Shown here piece by piece: positions 24,780-36,376 of a DNA stretch of 64,000 nucleotides. Under the pieces are notes generated by a model. The model was given only the letters and a program-made list of their open reading frames with translations, made no database searches and was not told the DNA's origin. The position numbers and the translations under genes are program-made. Position 1 is the first letter of the stretch, and every line of letters starts with the position of its first letter. The DNA is from Strigamia acuminata (taxonomy: Eukaryota): positions 33,108,001 to 33,172,000 of the forward strand of contig OX442314.1 of the NCBI GenBank assembly GCA_949358305.1, written 5' to 3'.

Positions 24780-25340
24780 ATGCTAGGTCAGATATTTCTG
24801 ATGGGGCTGCGCAAATACCTTACAGAAAATGATATATCCCAAGATTGAATAAGCAGGTAAATATATGGGTGTTTAAGACACAAAAGAAATATATCATTAA
24901 TTCTTTATACCAAGAGTCACTTCGAGGAACCATTAAACCTAACCACCACCATTATAATTTAAGTGTCAACTCCAAGCTGCTGGGGCCACATGTCAAAGAT
25001 TTATATATTTCAATTTGGGAGTAAAAGTACATTCTATTGTTAATGGTCTCTACAAACTTATGAATCTATCCAAACACAGAGCAATTAAGTTATGGTCAGT
25101 GGTCACATCAATGCTCAAAACAAGATCATTGACACAACTCAACTTAGAAAAAGGTGACGCATAGCTAATTCCATCATAAACACCAAACCAAACCAAAACA
25201 AAACAAAACCAGTACACTTCCAAAAGAATTGACACTATTCAATGGAGCCAAAAGTCATTCTTCACTACAACATCAACACACCAGAAAGTAATGTCAATGG
25301 TGCAATAGGCGAGGTCGGATGTAGGATATAGACATGAATG
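24780..25340 (-). pseudogene. Decayed class A (rhodopsin-like) GPCR fragment, about TM1-TM4/5
   Basis: RPRLLHH*HYFLV..; CVNDLVLSIDVT..HNLIALCLDRFISL*RPL...TPK...AAW gives a DRF(Y) motif in the TM3 context, with many stops. Confidence 0.5.
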
Positions 25341-25399
25341 GAAAATAAAAAATGTTAATTAACCAGAAATCATAAAATAACACCATTTCTGATAAATGC

Positions 25400-28300
25400 T
25401 GTGACAAATTAATATGGCTATAAATGCCTATTGTGCCATTATGACGGTAATTTTACTGTATTTGCTTGTAAAACTGATAAGAGTCCTGAATAAAGTTATT
25501 TATGATGTTTCAGAAGCAGAGTTGTTATATTAATAAATATTAATTAACATTACTTCGTGATATCAAAGTATCACGGCCAAAAGTGCGAGATTTCGTCTGC
25601 TAAAAACCGCATTCGTCAATGCGGAATGTCGCCACTAGATGGCGCTATCGCAAATCAGCGGTAAATTCGAAATACGGAATTAAATGAATAACAAGGAATA
25701 TATATTAAATAAGTATTTAATATATTCACTTAGATTATTTTACTTGACAATAATATAAAGTTATATTATTGTATTGAATGATTGGAAGAAAGAATTGGTC
25801 ACATTCTTGAAATAGTGACCATGCAGATTAAAGGATTAATGTGTGACTTGGGAATGTGTCCTGGGTATCCACTTCCCGTCCCCGGTATCCATTTCCTGTT
25901 TCATGTCAAGGAATTAGCATAATCCGAATTATGTTCCTCCGTATCCACTTCCTGTATCACGGGATTGGCGGGATTCATGGAACCCATGTTCCAATTGGAT
26001 AAGTGGTCAAATCACTTAATCCAATCCAAGATATATATTTCCTGAACACAGGAAGTTAGGACAGTTGGTCAGTTGCATTTAGTTCTTGGTTCTAGTCTTG
26101 GGTAATTATTATATGTATTTTATACGGTATTTGGTATATGTATTTTATACGGTATTTGGTATATGTATTTTATACGGTATTTGGTATATGTATTTTGTAC
26201 GGTATTTAGTATGTGCTTAGTTATTTGGTTTCTTGTGGATGGTTTAGTCTCTTGAAACCGCGCATTGTTCTGCTGAATAATGCATTCGACCGATTGAGGA
26301 TACCAGCTTTGTGCGTACGGTGTTCTCGTGGTCGGACAATAGACCCAGGTAGCATTAAATATTGGCGCAACATTGGCCCAATATTTGCTAAAATATTGGG
26401 CCAATGTTGGGACACAATATTGGGCCAATGTCGGGATGTAAGAAAACGCCAGATTGGCCCAATATTGTTTCCCAATATTGGGCCAATAATCGTAACCAAT
26501 ATTGGGCCAATATTTTGAACCAATATTGGGCCAATCTGGCGTTTTCTTACATCCCGACATTGGTCCAATATTGTGTGCCAACATTGGGCCAATACTCGTA
26601 ACCAATATTGGGCCAATATTTTGAACCAATATTGGGCTAATCTGGCGTTTTCTTACATCCCGACATTGGCCCAATATTGTGTGCCAACATTGGGCCAATA
26701 CTCATAACCAATATTGGGCCAATCTGGTGTTTTCTTACATCTTGACATTTATTGGACCAATATTGGTCTAATATTAAACAGGCCAATCGTGGACCATTAT
26801 TTCTAATCATTTACAGAAAATATTAAAATTTTCAGTGTTTATTAATGGCAAAAAAAAACAGTGAAAACCTTATATAAAATCCAATGAAAATTAATCCCAT
26901 AAAAAATTTCTTAGAAATTTTATAGAAATCATCAGAAAAGGCCTTGTTAAAACTTTGTAAAAGTCAAACATTGGAGTATTCATCCACAGCTACAATATAA
27001 AAGTAAAGCAAAATCTGCAGAAGGCAGTTATACAAACTCGCATCAATTGCGATGGTGTTCCAATCATTAGATGAATAATTAAAATAAAAAATTAAAGAAT
27101 TTGGTACAACTTTTTATTTCATCTGACTCTAGCAATGATAAATTAATTAAGTGTTGAAGTATAAATGATAAAACCTCCATGCTAAAGAAATATACATTAT
27201 TTTGGTTGGAATCCAGACATTGTTCCAGACTTTTACAAAATGATCAAAAATGCATTTTTTGGCATAAAAATTTATGTTCTCAATATTTCAGCCTAATTTT
27301 TAGAGACAAGTGTAAAAAACACTGAGGAATTCAAAAATTTGGTCAGTTTTTGATAATTCCAATTTCTAAGTGACCGTGGCCAGATTGATCCATTATTGGA
27401 TTTACAATATTGGCCAATTAATGGCAACCAACGTACAGCCAATATTGGCTAACAAACGGCTAGTTAATATTGGACCAATATCAACAACCAATATTGGGCC
27501 AACATTGGCTCAGACATTGCAACCGAATATTGGCTTGCCAATCTTTAGCCAATATTGGGCCAATATTGTATTCCAAATAATGGCCAATCAATGGCTGCCT
27601 ACCGACAGCCAATATTGGCTAACAATTGGCTATTTAATATTGGGCCAATATTGCCAGCCAATATCGGGCCAACATTGGGTCTGGCGTGGAAACCCAATAT
27701 TGGCTTGCCAATCCTTAGCCAACATTGGGCCAATATTGTATTCCCAATCAATGGCCAATCAATGGCTGCCTATCAACAGCCAATATTGGCTAACAATTCG
27801 CTAGTTAATATTGGGCCAATATTGCCGGCCAATATCGGGCCAACATTGGGTCTGGCATGGAAACCCAATATTGGCTTGCCAATCCTTAGCCAACATTGGG
27901 CCAATATCGTATTCCCAATATTGGCCAATTAATGGCTGCCTATCGACAGCCAATATTGGCTAACAATTGGCTGGTTGATATTGGGCCAATGTTGCCAGCC
28001 AATATCGGGCCAACATTGGGTCTGGCATGGAAACCCAATATTGGCTTGCCAATCCTTAGCCAACATTGGGCCAATATCGTATTCCCAATATTGGCCAATT
28101 AATGGCTGCCTATCGACAGCCAATATTGGCTAACAATTGGCTGGTTGATATTGGGCCAATGTTGCCAGCCAATATCGGGCCAACATTGGGTCTGGCATGG
28201 AAACCCAATATTGGCTTGCCAATCCTTAGCCAACATTGGGCCAATATCGTATTCCCAATATTGGCCAATATTATGTTCCCAATATTGTACCAATATTGGT

Positions 28301-29410
28301 TGAAGGTTGGTTATATTGGCCAGCAGAACCCCAAGATACCTGATATTGGTCCAATATTGGCCCAATATATAATGCTACCTGGGGAGCCACGTGCGGTACC
28401 AAAGTATTCAGTAACCGTCGGTAGCACTGTTACTGTATGAGTTTGACTATCACCTGTTGGTGCCAAAACAGTCTGCATGTAAAAACGTGTAGTTACTGCT
28501 AGTAGCACCAAGTGCTTGGGAACGCTAATCTCCGCGGTAATGGTGCCAAAGCAGTCTGTTTATCAGTAGTACTTCGTGTGGTTAATTCTGTTGTGCGGGG
28601 CTGCGAGCTATACCCCCCTGAGTATCAGTACCGTCTCTCACCGTACTGTTGCTTAGGGCACGCGCGATACTGCCCTACTCGACAAGGCGAATTTATGACG
28701 GCAACTGTGTGTTGCGATGACTAACTTTTATATTTGACAGCCGATAATAAAATCAATTGTTTAAACTTGAAGTCAAGTTAACAACCCAAATAAAGTCACG
28801 AGACTTGTTTGATTTACAACGAATAAATTCGTAATAATGAATTGAATACAATTCATTAACCAAAACATTTAACTCACAACGTCACGAATTATAGATAATT
28901 CATAAGCGGAACATTGGTGAATAAATTACTTCATTTATTCATAACCAATGTCCACCCTAGTTGTGGCGGTGCAGACAAAGTCAACCGCATCTCTCGGATC
29001 GAACCCAAGCAGCATTACACGACAATACGAACCAGTTACGCGATACGAACCCGGAACGCGAAGCCGACGGAAACCGCGAGGACACAGCCAGCCCGGCTAG
29101 CGCAGACGACATCTGTAACCTCGGTCGAGCGGGCGTTCTGCCATTCCCGAACCCAGGATCCGAAGACACGTAATGTTATTATTTTAGGGCCATTCGGCCA
29201 TTTTATTGTATAGTTAACTTGTATTTAACTTGCCAAATGTCGGCATTAGTTTATGTATAACTTTTAGGATTGATTCTATTGTTTAATGACAATAAATGTT
29301 ATGATTTGAGAAACCTTCTTGTCTTATTTTATCTCGTATTTAATCACTAATTTCACGCGACTTATACCCGGTACTATCATGCGATAGGAGTTGTGGTCGT
29401 CACCGTCACA
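25400..29410. mobile_element. Large solo LTR (~1.97 kb net) interrupted by a CACTA-like element
   Basis: TGTGAC...GTCACA termini and TSD ATGC (25396-25399 / 29411-29414). It shares motifs with 48351-49940 (TAGATGGCGCT..GCGGTAAATTC, GTATCCACTTCCTGT, AAAGTCAACCGCA.CTCTCGGAT, AATAAATGTTAT). Internal 27-bp tandem repeat at ~26110-26210. Confidence 0.75.
26344..28383. mobile_element. Non-autonomous CACTA/EnSpm-like fold-back DNA transposon (2040 bp)
   Basis: TIR CCCAGGTAGCATTA.ATATTGG / CCAATATATAATGCTACCTGGG with 2-bp TSD GA. Both arms are built from CCAATATTGG(G) subterminal repeats, and the right arm has ~170-bp tandem units. Confidence 0.8.
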
Positions 29411-29539
29411 ATGCTTACACTCATTCGATAGAATGGAGTCTTAAAATACCATATGTGTATTAAATTTCGTCATTCAATGGAATGCAGCCGAACAATACCA
29501 CGCATTGCGAATTAAATCCACACAACATTCATTTAGTGG

Positions 29540-30550
29540 CATGCAGTCCTACAGGACCCATAACGTTTGTCAAATAAACACTTAAAATCCAAAAAAAAAA
29601 AAAAAACTTTCAATGGAGACAGGGCAATGTCAAACGACAAACGAGTAGGTTCAAGAATCAGCGGTGATCAAGTTACAGCCCAACATTTCAACACAAGTTT
29701 TCAAGATTAAATTAAAAGATTAATCGACATGGAAATAAAAAATAAAAAAATCAGAATCCAAATTCCAAACACCAGAGCTCTCATTCAGCACCACCGTTAA
29801 CGGTGGCCCAGGGACAACCACGAGGAGGTAGAGAGTTGGATTTGCTGTCCCCGAATAATTTTTAAATATAAAACAACCATAATAAAAGAACAAAACAGAT
29901 TAACAAATTTAAAGTTGGGTGGAAAGTTTTAAATAACTAAAACTTACCGTCGACGTGACCAACAAAATGGCGGAACGAAAAACTGCGGAAACAAATGCGA
30001 TATTTTCACACCAAATGAATCGATCTTTTGTTTGCAAAAACATCGAACAAAAGAGCGCTACGAACCTGATCAACTCTCCCACACACAGTACTGGATCCGA
30101 CGGTAAACGATTCGGGAGATATTCCTTTGAGCAGCCCAAAACCACCGCAGCTCAAAACGACGCCATGGCCTGACTACTAACAAAAGCAGAACTGCATCAT
30201 GGGATATAGCCACAAAGACGCAGCACTATGTATCGTGACATTCTGTGACGTTTCGATGACTTCAACTCCACTCCACCAACAACATCTGTTCGGTGGTGAT
30301 TGGTTATATTCAACGCGTCATTACTTCTCAATATAGTGCACTTTGATCGACTCTGATAGTAATTACGCAAGAATTCTGCAATAATACGCTTGACGACTGT
30401 GACAAAACCCGAAAAGAGAATATATAAATAGTTTCTTTTAAGCGAAAACTGCGGCACAACAAGCAGTTCCATAAATAAAATTGAAAAAAATATTCAAATT
30501 ATTTTGACAAAAAATTTAAATTTGGATTTTTAAATTACTAAAACCTTAAT
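29540..30550. repeat. Diverged dispersed duplicate of 58770-59530
   Basis: Colinear shared blocks, e.g. ATCAGAATCCAAATTCCAAACACCAGAGCTCTCATTCAGCACCACCGTTAAC and AAATGGCGGAACGAAAA..GCGGAAACAAATG. Confidence 0.85.
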
Positions 30551-30739
30551 TGAAGTGGATTTTGTGCACAATCATAATATTCAATCTGCAAATGCCCTCA
30601 GATTTCGAAAACCAACTAAAAAAATTAAAGAAAAGTTTAAAAGACTGTTTTCATGCGGACGCAACCCACCAAGTGCCTTACATGCACACTATCTGGACAT
30701 AATTTTGGAAAATAAAAATAAATTATGCAGAAATCCAAG

Positions 30740-31000
30740 CGGAAATAAGCAGAAATAAGCGAAAAAACACTTTGTGATGGCGAAAAGTGATAAAAATGGG
30801 CCAAAAGTGGCCCAAAAAAGGACAAAACATGGTCGAAAAAAGCTTAAAATGACCAAAAATAAGCGAAAATGACAAAAATGGTCGAAAAGTGGCCAAAATG
30901 GACAAAAATAGACCAAAAATGACCAAAAAATTGATGAAATTAAGCGAAAATGGTCGAAAAATGGCCAAAATGGACAAAAATAGACCAAAGACCAAAAATA
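30740..31000. repeat. Degenerate ~10-bp periodic repeat (AAAAATGGNC / AAAAATGACC type)
   Basis: Phased A-tracts with a period of about 10-11 nt. Confidence 0.75.
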
Positions 31001-31204
31001 CCCAACAATTACAACAGCTGTCGCGGGTGAGAATACTATTACTATTCTTAACCGCGATGTCGCTGTTAAGAATTAGTTGATCTCATGGTGTCGCGGTTAT
31101 GAATGCGCGCGATATTCTTATCCGCGAATTCGCGTTTATGAATGGACGTGATATTTATAACCGCGACGTCGCGGATAAGAATATCGCGCGTATTATAGAG
31201 TCCC

Positions 31205-31772
31205 CGCACGTTTCTTATCTCGGCCGAAACGTTCCATCGAGTTGTTCTTTGTACGGGTTTTTTGGCCGAAATGTGCCCCAAAAAATTATATTCGGGCATT
31301 TCGTCGTCTGCGTGTATAATCTCAACCGTCGCTGATTTGTTTGATCGGCACATACGTGAATAATGTCCCACCTTTTTACAATTTGCGCATTTCGACGCGA
31401 TAGCGGGGCATTTGGGTGTAAAATGCGTTTCGTATCTGCAGTTTCCGCACGGTCCGCTGTGGTCTTTTGTTTTCGGAATCGGTCGCGCTGTTTTTTCTCC
31501 GGTTGGTGAACGCGTCCCACTTCGGTTTTGACCTCCGTTTTGACGTCGAACGATTGTTGTAGTTCTCCTTGTTGTCGTCGAATTTGTTCGTTCATCCGAA
31601 CCGTATTAATTGCTTTCGCCAGCGTCAAATCTTCCACCAATTGTAATTTTTCGCATAATTGACGATTCCGCATGCCAACGACGATACGATCGCAGATCAG
31701 TGTCTCACGCATGTTTTTGCTGGTCAATTTATCCAATTCGCAAATGTCGGCCATTGCGTATAACGCGGTGAT
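31205..31772 (-). pseudogene. Ty3/Gypsy (Mag/K02A2.6-like) gag fragment with zinc knuckle
   Basis: LICDRIVVGMRNRQLCEKLQLVEDLTLAKAI...; after a frameshift, CPAIASKCANCKKVGHYSRMC. Confidence 0.75.
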
Positions 31773-31831
31773 GAATTAATAATACAGATAACTAGACATT
31801 TTCTAATTCAAATTAAAAGTAGAAAAATCGT

Positions 31832-32212
31832 TTATTCAGTCCATCGATGCATGCATTTTGGGTTGGTGCAGACATAATACAGTCGCATTTCATCCTCGGC
31901 TCTACTGGAATGTGTTTGGAAAAAAACAGCTTCTTTTATGTCACATTTAGGACATGGATGGTCATCAGTACGGGGTAGGGTTGGATCAGAAATGACATCT
32001 CCGATTATTTGAGTTAGCTCATCAACTTCGTGGGTGATTTTGTTCACATAGATGCAATTATTATCGGCTACCTGTTGGTAATCGCAGTTACGACAGGCAT
32101 ATAATAAAACCCGGTTCTCTTTGTCTTCTTTCGGATACAACATGTTGTTACATTCCTGACAAAATTTGATCCCGACGAAACCAGGCCCAGTGCCACTTGT
32201 TTCGAAGTTCAT
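31832..32212 (-). CDS. POLR2I: DNA-directed RNA polymerase II subunit RPB9 (126 aa), intronless
   Basis: [35 protein letters not shown]...[38 protein letters not shown] with both Zn ribbons intact. AATAAA overlaps the stop. Confidence 0.96.
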   Translation of the reverse strand: MNFETSGTGPGFVGIKFCQECNNMLYPKEDKENRVLLYACRNCDYQQVADNNCIYVNKITHEVDELTQIIGDVISDPTLPRTDDHPCPKCDIKEAVFFQTHSSRAEDEMRLYYVCTNPKCMHRWTE

Positions 32213-32404
32213 GATCGTATGGTATGGAAAAGTCAGAAAGGTTTGTTAAAAATACAAATGGCCGAAACTGTCAGTGTGAAGTCAAACTAACAAGTGTTTA
32301 TTGAAGTCAAAAGTAGTTGCATAAATACGACTGGTCAGTAACAGCTGACCAATCAGGAGACGTCGTACGTATGTACGACGTACGTAACACTAGCCAATTA
32401 CACA

Positions 32405-32497
32405 AGCACTAAAACGACATGAGAATATTAGAATTACGTAAACGATTCGTTTTTTAAAAAAAAAAAAATTTCTTTTACCTCCTAAAGATGGCAATGA
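32405..32497 (-). repeat. Stray copy of SF3B4 intron 4 with a few flanking exon bases (source 5716-5805)
   Basis: AGCACTAAAACGACATGAGAATATTAGAATTACGTA...ATTTCTTTTACCTCCTAA.GATGGCA.TGA occurs at both sites. Confidence 0.85.
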
Positions 32498-32589
32498 AAA
32501 ACAGGTCTCTATTTTCATTCTAGCATGTGGTGTAAATAAAAACATTAAATTTGTTATTTAGTTCTAGAAATAAAAATGGAATGTTTTAC

Positions 32590-33520
32590 TTACCGTGAGC
32601 ATTAACGGTTGGAGTAAATTTTGAGCAATAGTCTCACCAGTTCCTAACCAATGCATTAGAGCTCTTTGTTTCACATTTGATTTTTGAAATACATTATTAT
32701 TTTGTACATTTAAAAATGTCATGATAATATAATGATGCTTGCACAGTTTTCCATTTTGACCAACAAAACAGCTGCATTTATTTATACTAATTTCATCAGT
32801 GTACTGTAAATTTTCCTTTGATTCACTGTTGACAAGGAGGGTGTCATTATTTATCTAAAAAATAAAATTTAATATGAAATCCATTTGCTTGTAAATTGAA
32901 AATGAACATTGTACCTCAATAATATCTTCTTGCTTTAATTTACAGTTGGAAAACAAAATTTTAAATTTAGGTCCAAAATCAGGTCTATCGAAGGCTACTG
33001 ATTAAAATAGTTTTTCAAATATTGAGGTATGATTGTTACTGTACCAATTTACTAACTATCTGCACAATGGAGAAAGCTTTAGTTCTATAAAGAATTAAAT
33101 CTTTAAAAATCCTTACTGCTGTCTTAACATAATTTTTTGTGTTTGATCCACATGTAATGAGGTTTAATCTGAAACTTATTGCAAATTTTTGTACAAATTT
33201 GAGATGTTAATTTGTGAAATTTTCATATTTTGCACAAATTTCATTCTCTTTCATTTTAGCAAAATTCTCTTCCATTTCTTCAGCAGATTCACTGTATAAA
33301 ATTCAATATTTGTGAATAATAATTGTAAATTACATTTATTAGATGTTCTGATTTGAAGAATGTGAAATACACCAGATGTCAAAATTACTTCAACAGGCAC
33401 TCCACCAATAACGGACTTAGCAATTAACAAGAATACGTTTGTATTCATTTTATAAACGCCACCACTAGAATCTATAAACAGCATCTCTCTTGCAGCTTTA
33501 GTTGACAGCATTCTCAACAT
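32590..33520 (-). pseudogene. MULE-like/SWIM zinc-finger transposase remnant; may continue at ~34495-34615
   Basis: EMLFIDSSGG..NTNVFLLIAKSVIGGVPV and SWIM motif CSCFVGQNGKLCKH (~32735-32778), with intron-like gaps. Confidence 0.55.
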
Positions 33521-33544
33521 TAATTGTGTGGAAATGGTCTTACC

Positions 33545-34070
33545 GGCGCAGTATGGGGAGTTACTGAGCGGGAGGGATGCATACCTTCACGTAAAACAAG
33601 ACAGGAGACTCAGATTGTTGGGTTTGGCCTTTAATCAGTTGTCTAGGGGTTGGGTCACCTATCTTACTGTGCGGTAGTGCCAGGAGGCACGCTACACCGG
33701 CATCCGACCCGTCACACACAGGGCGGGAGCCCCATGAGTGACGTGGTCGGTCGCATTGGACGATCATTCTGTCGTACTCACCTGTACGACCCATGTAGCC
33801 GCTCACGGTACTGCAGCAGTCATCCTGGATCTGCCACTAAGCGTCACAGTGGTGAATGGTGAGTTGGCTGTTGTCTCTGCCGTCGTGCGGACCTCATCAG
33901 CTCGCACTAGACACGTCCTCACCCTCGGCTGTCTCAGCAACGTCTCCCTCTCACCACACCACTCTGCTCGTACCTCCCCTGCTAGGCCGGTCCACTCCTC
34001 CATGAGGGGGTCGGCTTGGGGCCACCAGATGGTGTGTGAAGTGACAGAGGCCAAACGGTCATACCAAATT
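33545..34070 (-). pseudogene. Highly decayed BEL/Pao integrase C-terminal fragment
   Basis: DEVRTT.AETTANSPFT and GEYDRMIVQCDRPRHSW resemble BEL EELxTxLxEVEAxLNSRPLT and VGDLVLVxDxxPRxxW. Confidence 0.35.
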
Positions 34071-34080
34071 GGATTGTATA

Positions 34081-34492
34081 CCGTACTGCCTTGAACAATG
34101 GCCCGGCGCGATTAAGCGCCGGCTCTCGATCAAGCGCCGGTCAACCAACGGCCGAAAAGCCAATAAGCGCCGGCCTCGAATAAACACCGGGCTTGTTTAA
34201 ACGCCGGGTTTATTGTGTTTATTTTGTGTTTATTGTATTCTACCGGTAGAAATGAAGTATTTAACACTTCTTTATTGTTTCACTGCTGCATTTCTACCAT
34301 TAATACAGTGGTATGGCTCAAACAAACTTGAAAAAAACGTGCATAAAACCACAAATTTTTCATAACTTGTTTTTTTTCAACTTTTTTTTGGATAACCGCC
34401 TGGCTTGAATAATCGCCCGGCTTTGAATAAACGCCTGGCGGGCGAGTCCAAAAAAAAAATAAACGCCCGGGCCATTGTTCAAGGCAGTACGG
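34081..34492. mobile_element. 412-bp Tc1/mariner (pogo-like) MITE
   Basis: Perfect 26-bp TIR CCGTACTGCCTTGAACAATGGCCCGG, TA TSD on both sides, and internal TAAGCGCCGG / TAAACGCC repeats. Confidence 0.85.
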
Positions 34493-34628
34493 TACGTCCA
34501 CTTCATCTTTATCTACTGATATTTCCATTTTGCCACCCTTATTATAGAGTTCAGTTTTAAATTTCTTTATCAATTACAACTTCTGGAATGTTCTTGAAAA
34601 ACTGTGTGCAATTCATCGTTTGTCTGGA

Positions 34629-35201
34629 AGCTTGGTCGACGGGGAGATGGTGATCGATCGACTCGATGGTAAAACGATCGTTAATTATCTGGTTTACGAT
34701 ATAATCAAGTTCGAGAATCAGGACGTGGGAAAGACGGATTTCGAGCGCAGAATGCTGTGCATTAGAAAGGAATTGGTGGAACCTCGACAACTCGCCAGAC
34801 AAAACGGACTTATCGATCGAAATGCGGAGTCGTTTAATGTCCGAGTTAAGGAGTTTTGGGATGTTACGGTCAGTCGACATTTGTTGGGTGAGAAATTTAC
34901 GAAAACGTTGGGCCACGAATTCGACGGCCTCATCTACCAACCCGCCGTCATGGCGTATTCGGGAGGCCCCAATGCGGACGTTTTAAAATGGAAGCCGCCG
35001 AGCTTGAACTCGGTGGATTTCAAGTTGGTTATCAAGAAAGAAGAGCGAGCTGGAATGCTGCCGGAATCGAAGGGTTGTTTGTACGTTGGTAATTCAGACA
35101 GGCCGTTTGCTGAGATCAAATTGACGAGGGAGTTGAGACGTTTGGACAAGAAGATCATCGAGTGTAGAGTCGAGGATAATGAGTGGAAGTTTATGCGCGA
35201 G
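34629..35201 (+). pseudogene. RNGTT-like: Intronless internal fragment of mRNA capping enzyme (guanylyltransferase motifs III-V and OB fold), fused in frame to Copia gag
   Basis: LVDGEMVID..YLVYDIIKF..VRVKEFWD..HEFDGLIYQP..YSGG...VLKWKPPSLNSVDFKL...KIIECRVEDNEWKFMRE. It lacks the KxDG active site and the C-terminal RTDKxxPN. Confidence 0.88.
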
Positions 35202-36376
35202 AAGTTGAATGGTCGTAATTATCCCACGTGGGAATATCGGGTGCGGATCTTATTGAAGTCCAGAGAAGCCTGGTGAGTAATAACAGATGACCCGCCGATT
35301 AAAACTCTGGGCGAAACGGATGACGCGTTCAAGACCCGAGTGAAGGAATGGACGACCAAAGACGTCGAGGCGTTAAATATAATTCTGCAGACGATCGACA
35401 CCGCTCAACTGAGGCACGTGCTGACCCACGACACGGCAAAGGCGGCGTGGAACTCACTCAAGACGGAAAATCAAGGCGAGGTCGCAGAGTTGAAAGTCCA
35501 GAAGCGAGTTGAACTTGCGCATATTCGGATGAAACCGACGGAAACAGTGGCAGCTTACCTCGATCGCATGATATCGGTTGCCAAAGAATTGAATTCTATT
35601 GGGGCACCCATCGACGAGGCCGAATTGTGTGCACACGTCTTGAGAGGTTTGACATCCGACTACAGAGGAGTTGTTACAAGTTGCGACGTGGTCGGAACGT
35701 AGTACGCTCAAGATGCTGACACTTCGGCGTGCATTACAAGCCGAAGAGATGAGGCGTGTGGCTTTGCCCGCCCCTACGGACCTCAAGTTTGAGAGTGCAA
35801 CATGGGTGCGCGGTTCAAATGGAAACGGCGGACGAGGGAGTTCCGGATCTTGGCGCGGCGGGGGAGCCAACCAGGGTGGCAAGCAAGCTACCAAATGTTG
35901 GAATTGTGGTCGATTGGGCCACCGATACTCAGAATGTCGACAACCCAAAGAATGTTGACCCAAAGGCAGCAGCCGGAATTTGCGCTCGCTCGCAGAACCG
36001 CTCCAGAGGGAATTTTAGAGGCCGGAAGCAGAACGCAAATGCAGCGGTCGTTCAGCATCCTTCTACATCCACCAAAGTGGATGAGTTGCAGTACGTGGTC
36101 GATTATGCTATGCAAACAGATGATGAGACCACATGTTTACTTAAATCCCCGAGGGGACCATCTACCATTGAAGACCCAATATGGTATATGGATTCCGGGG
36201 CGTCATCGCATATGGCAAATGACGCGACGTGTTTTGAGAAATTGGACTTGTTACCTGGTAGACAGGTTGTGTTGGCGGATGGGCGAAAAGTGCCTTCTGT
36301 TGGGACTGGGACAGTACTTTTAGCTTTGTGGTTGGATAATCAGAGGAGGATAATTCGATTGACCGATGTGAAATAT

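Noticed and set aside
26120..28440. NIGP/QYW-repeat proteins, or a CRISPR-like array
   Set aside because: These are translations of CCAATATTGG subterminal repeats. There are no unique spacers or cas genes, and the context is eukaryotic.
30689..30995. Hydrophobic Phe-rich ORFs (also at 51244, 56493 and 10555)
   Set aside because: Translations of T-rich low-complexity or minisatellite DNA.
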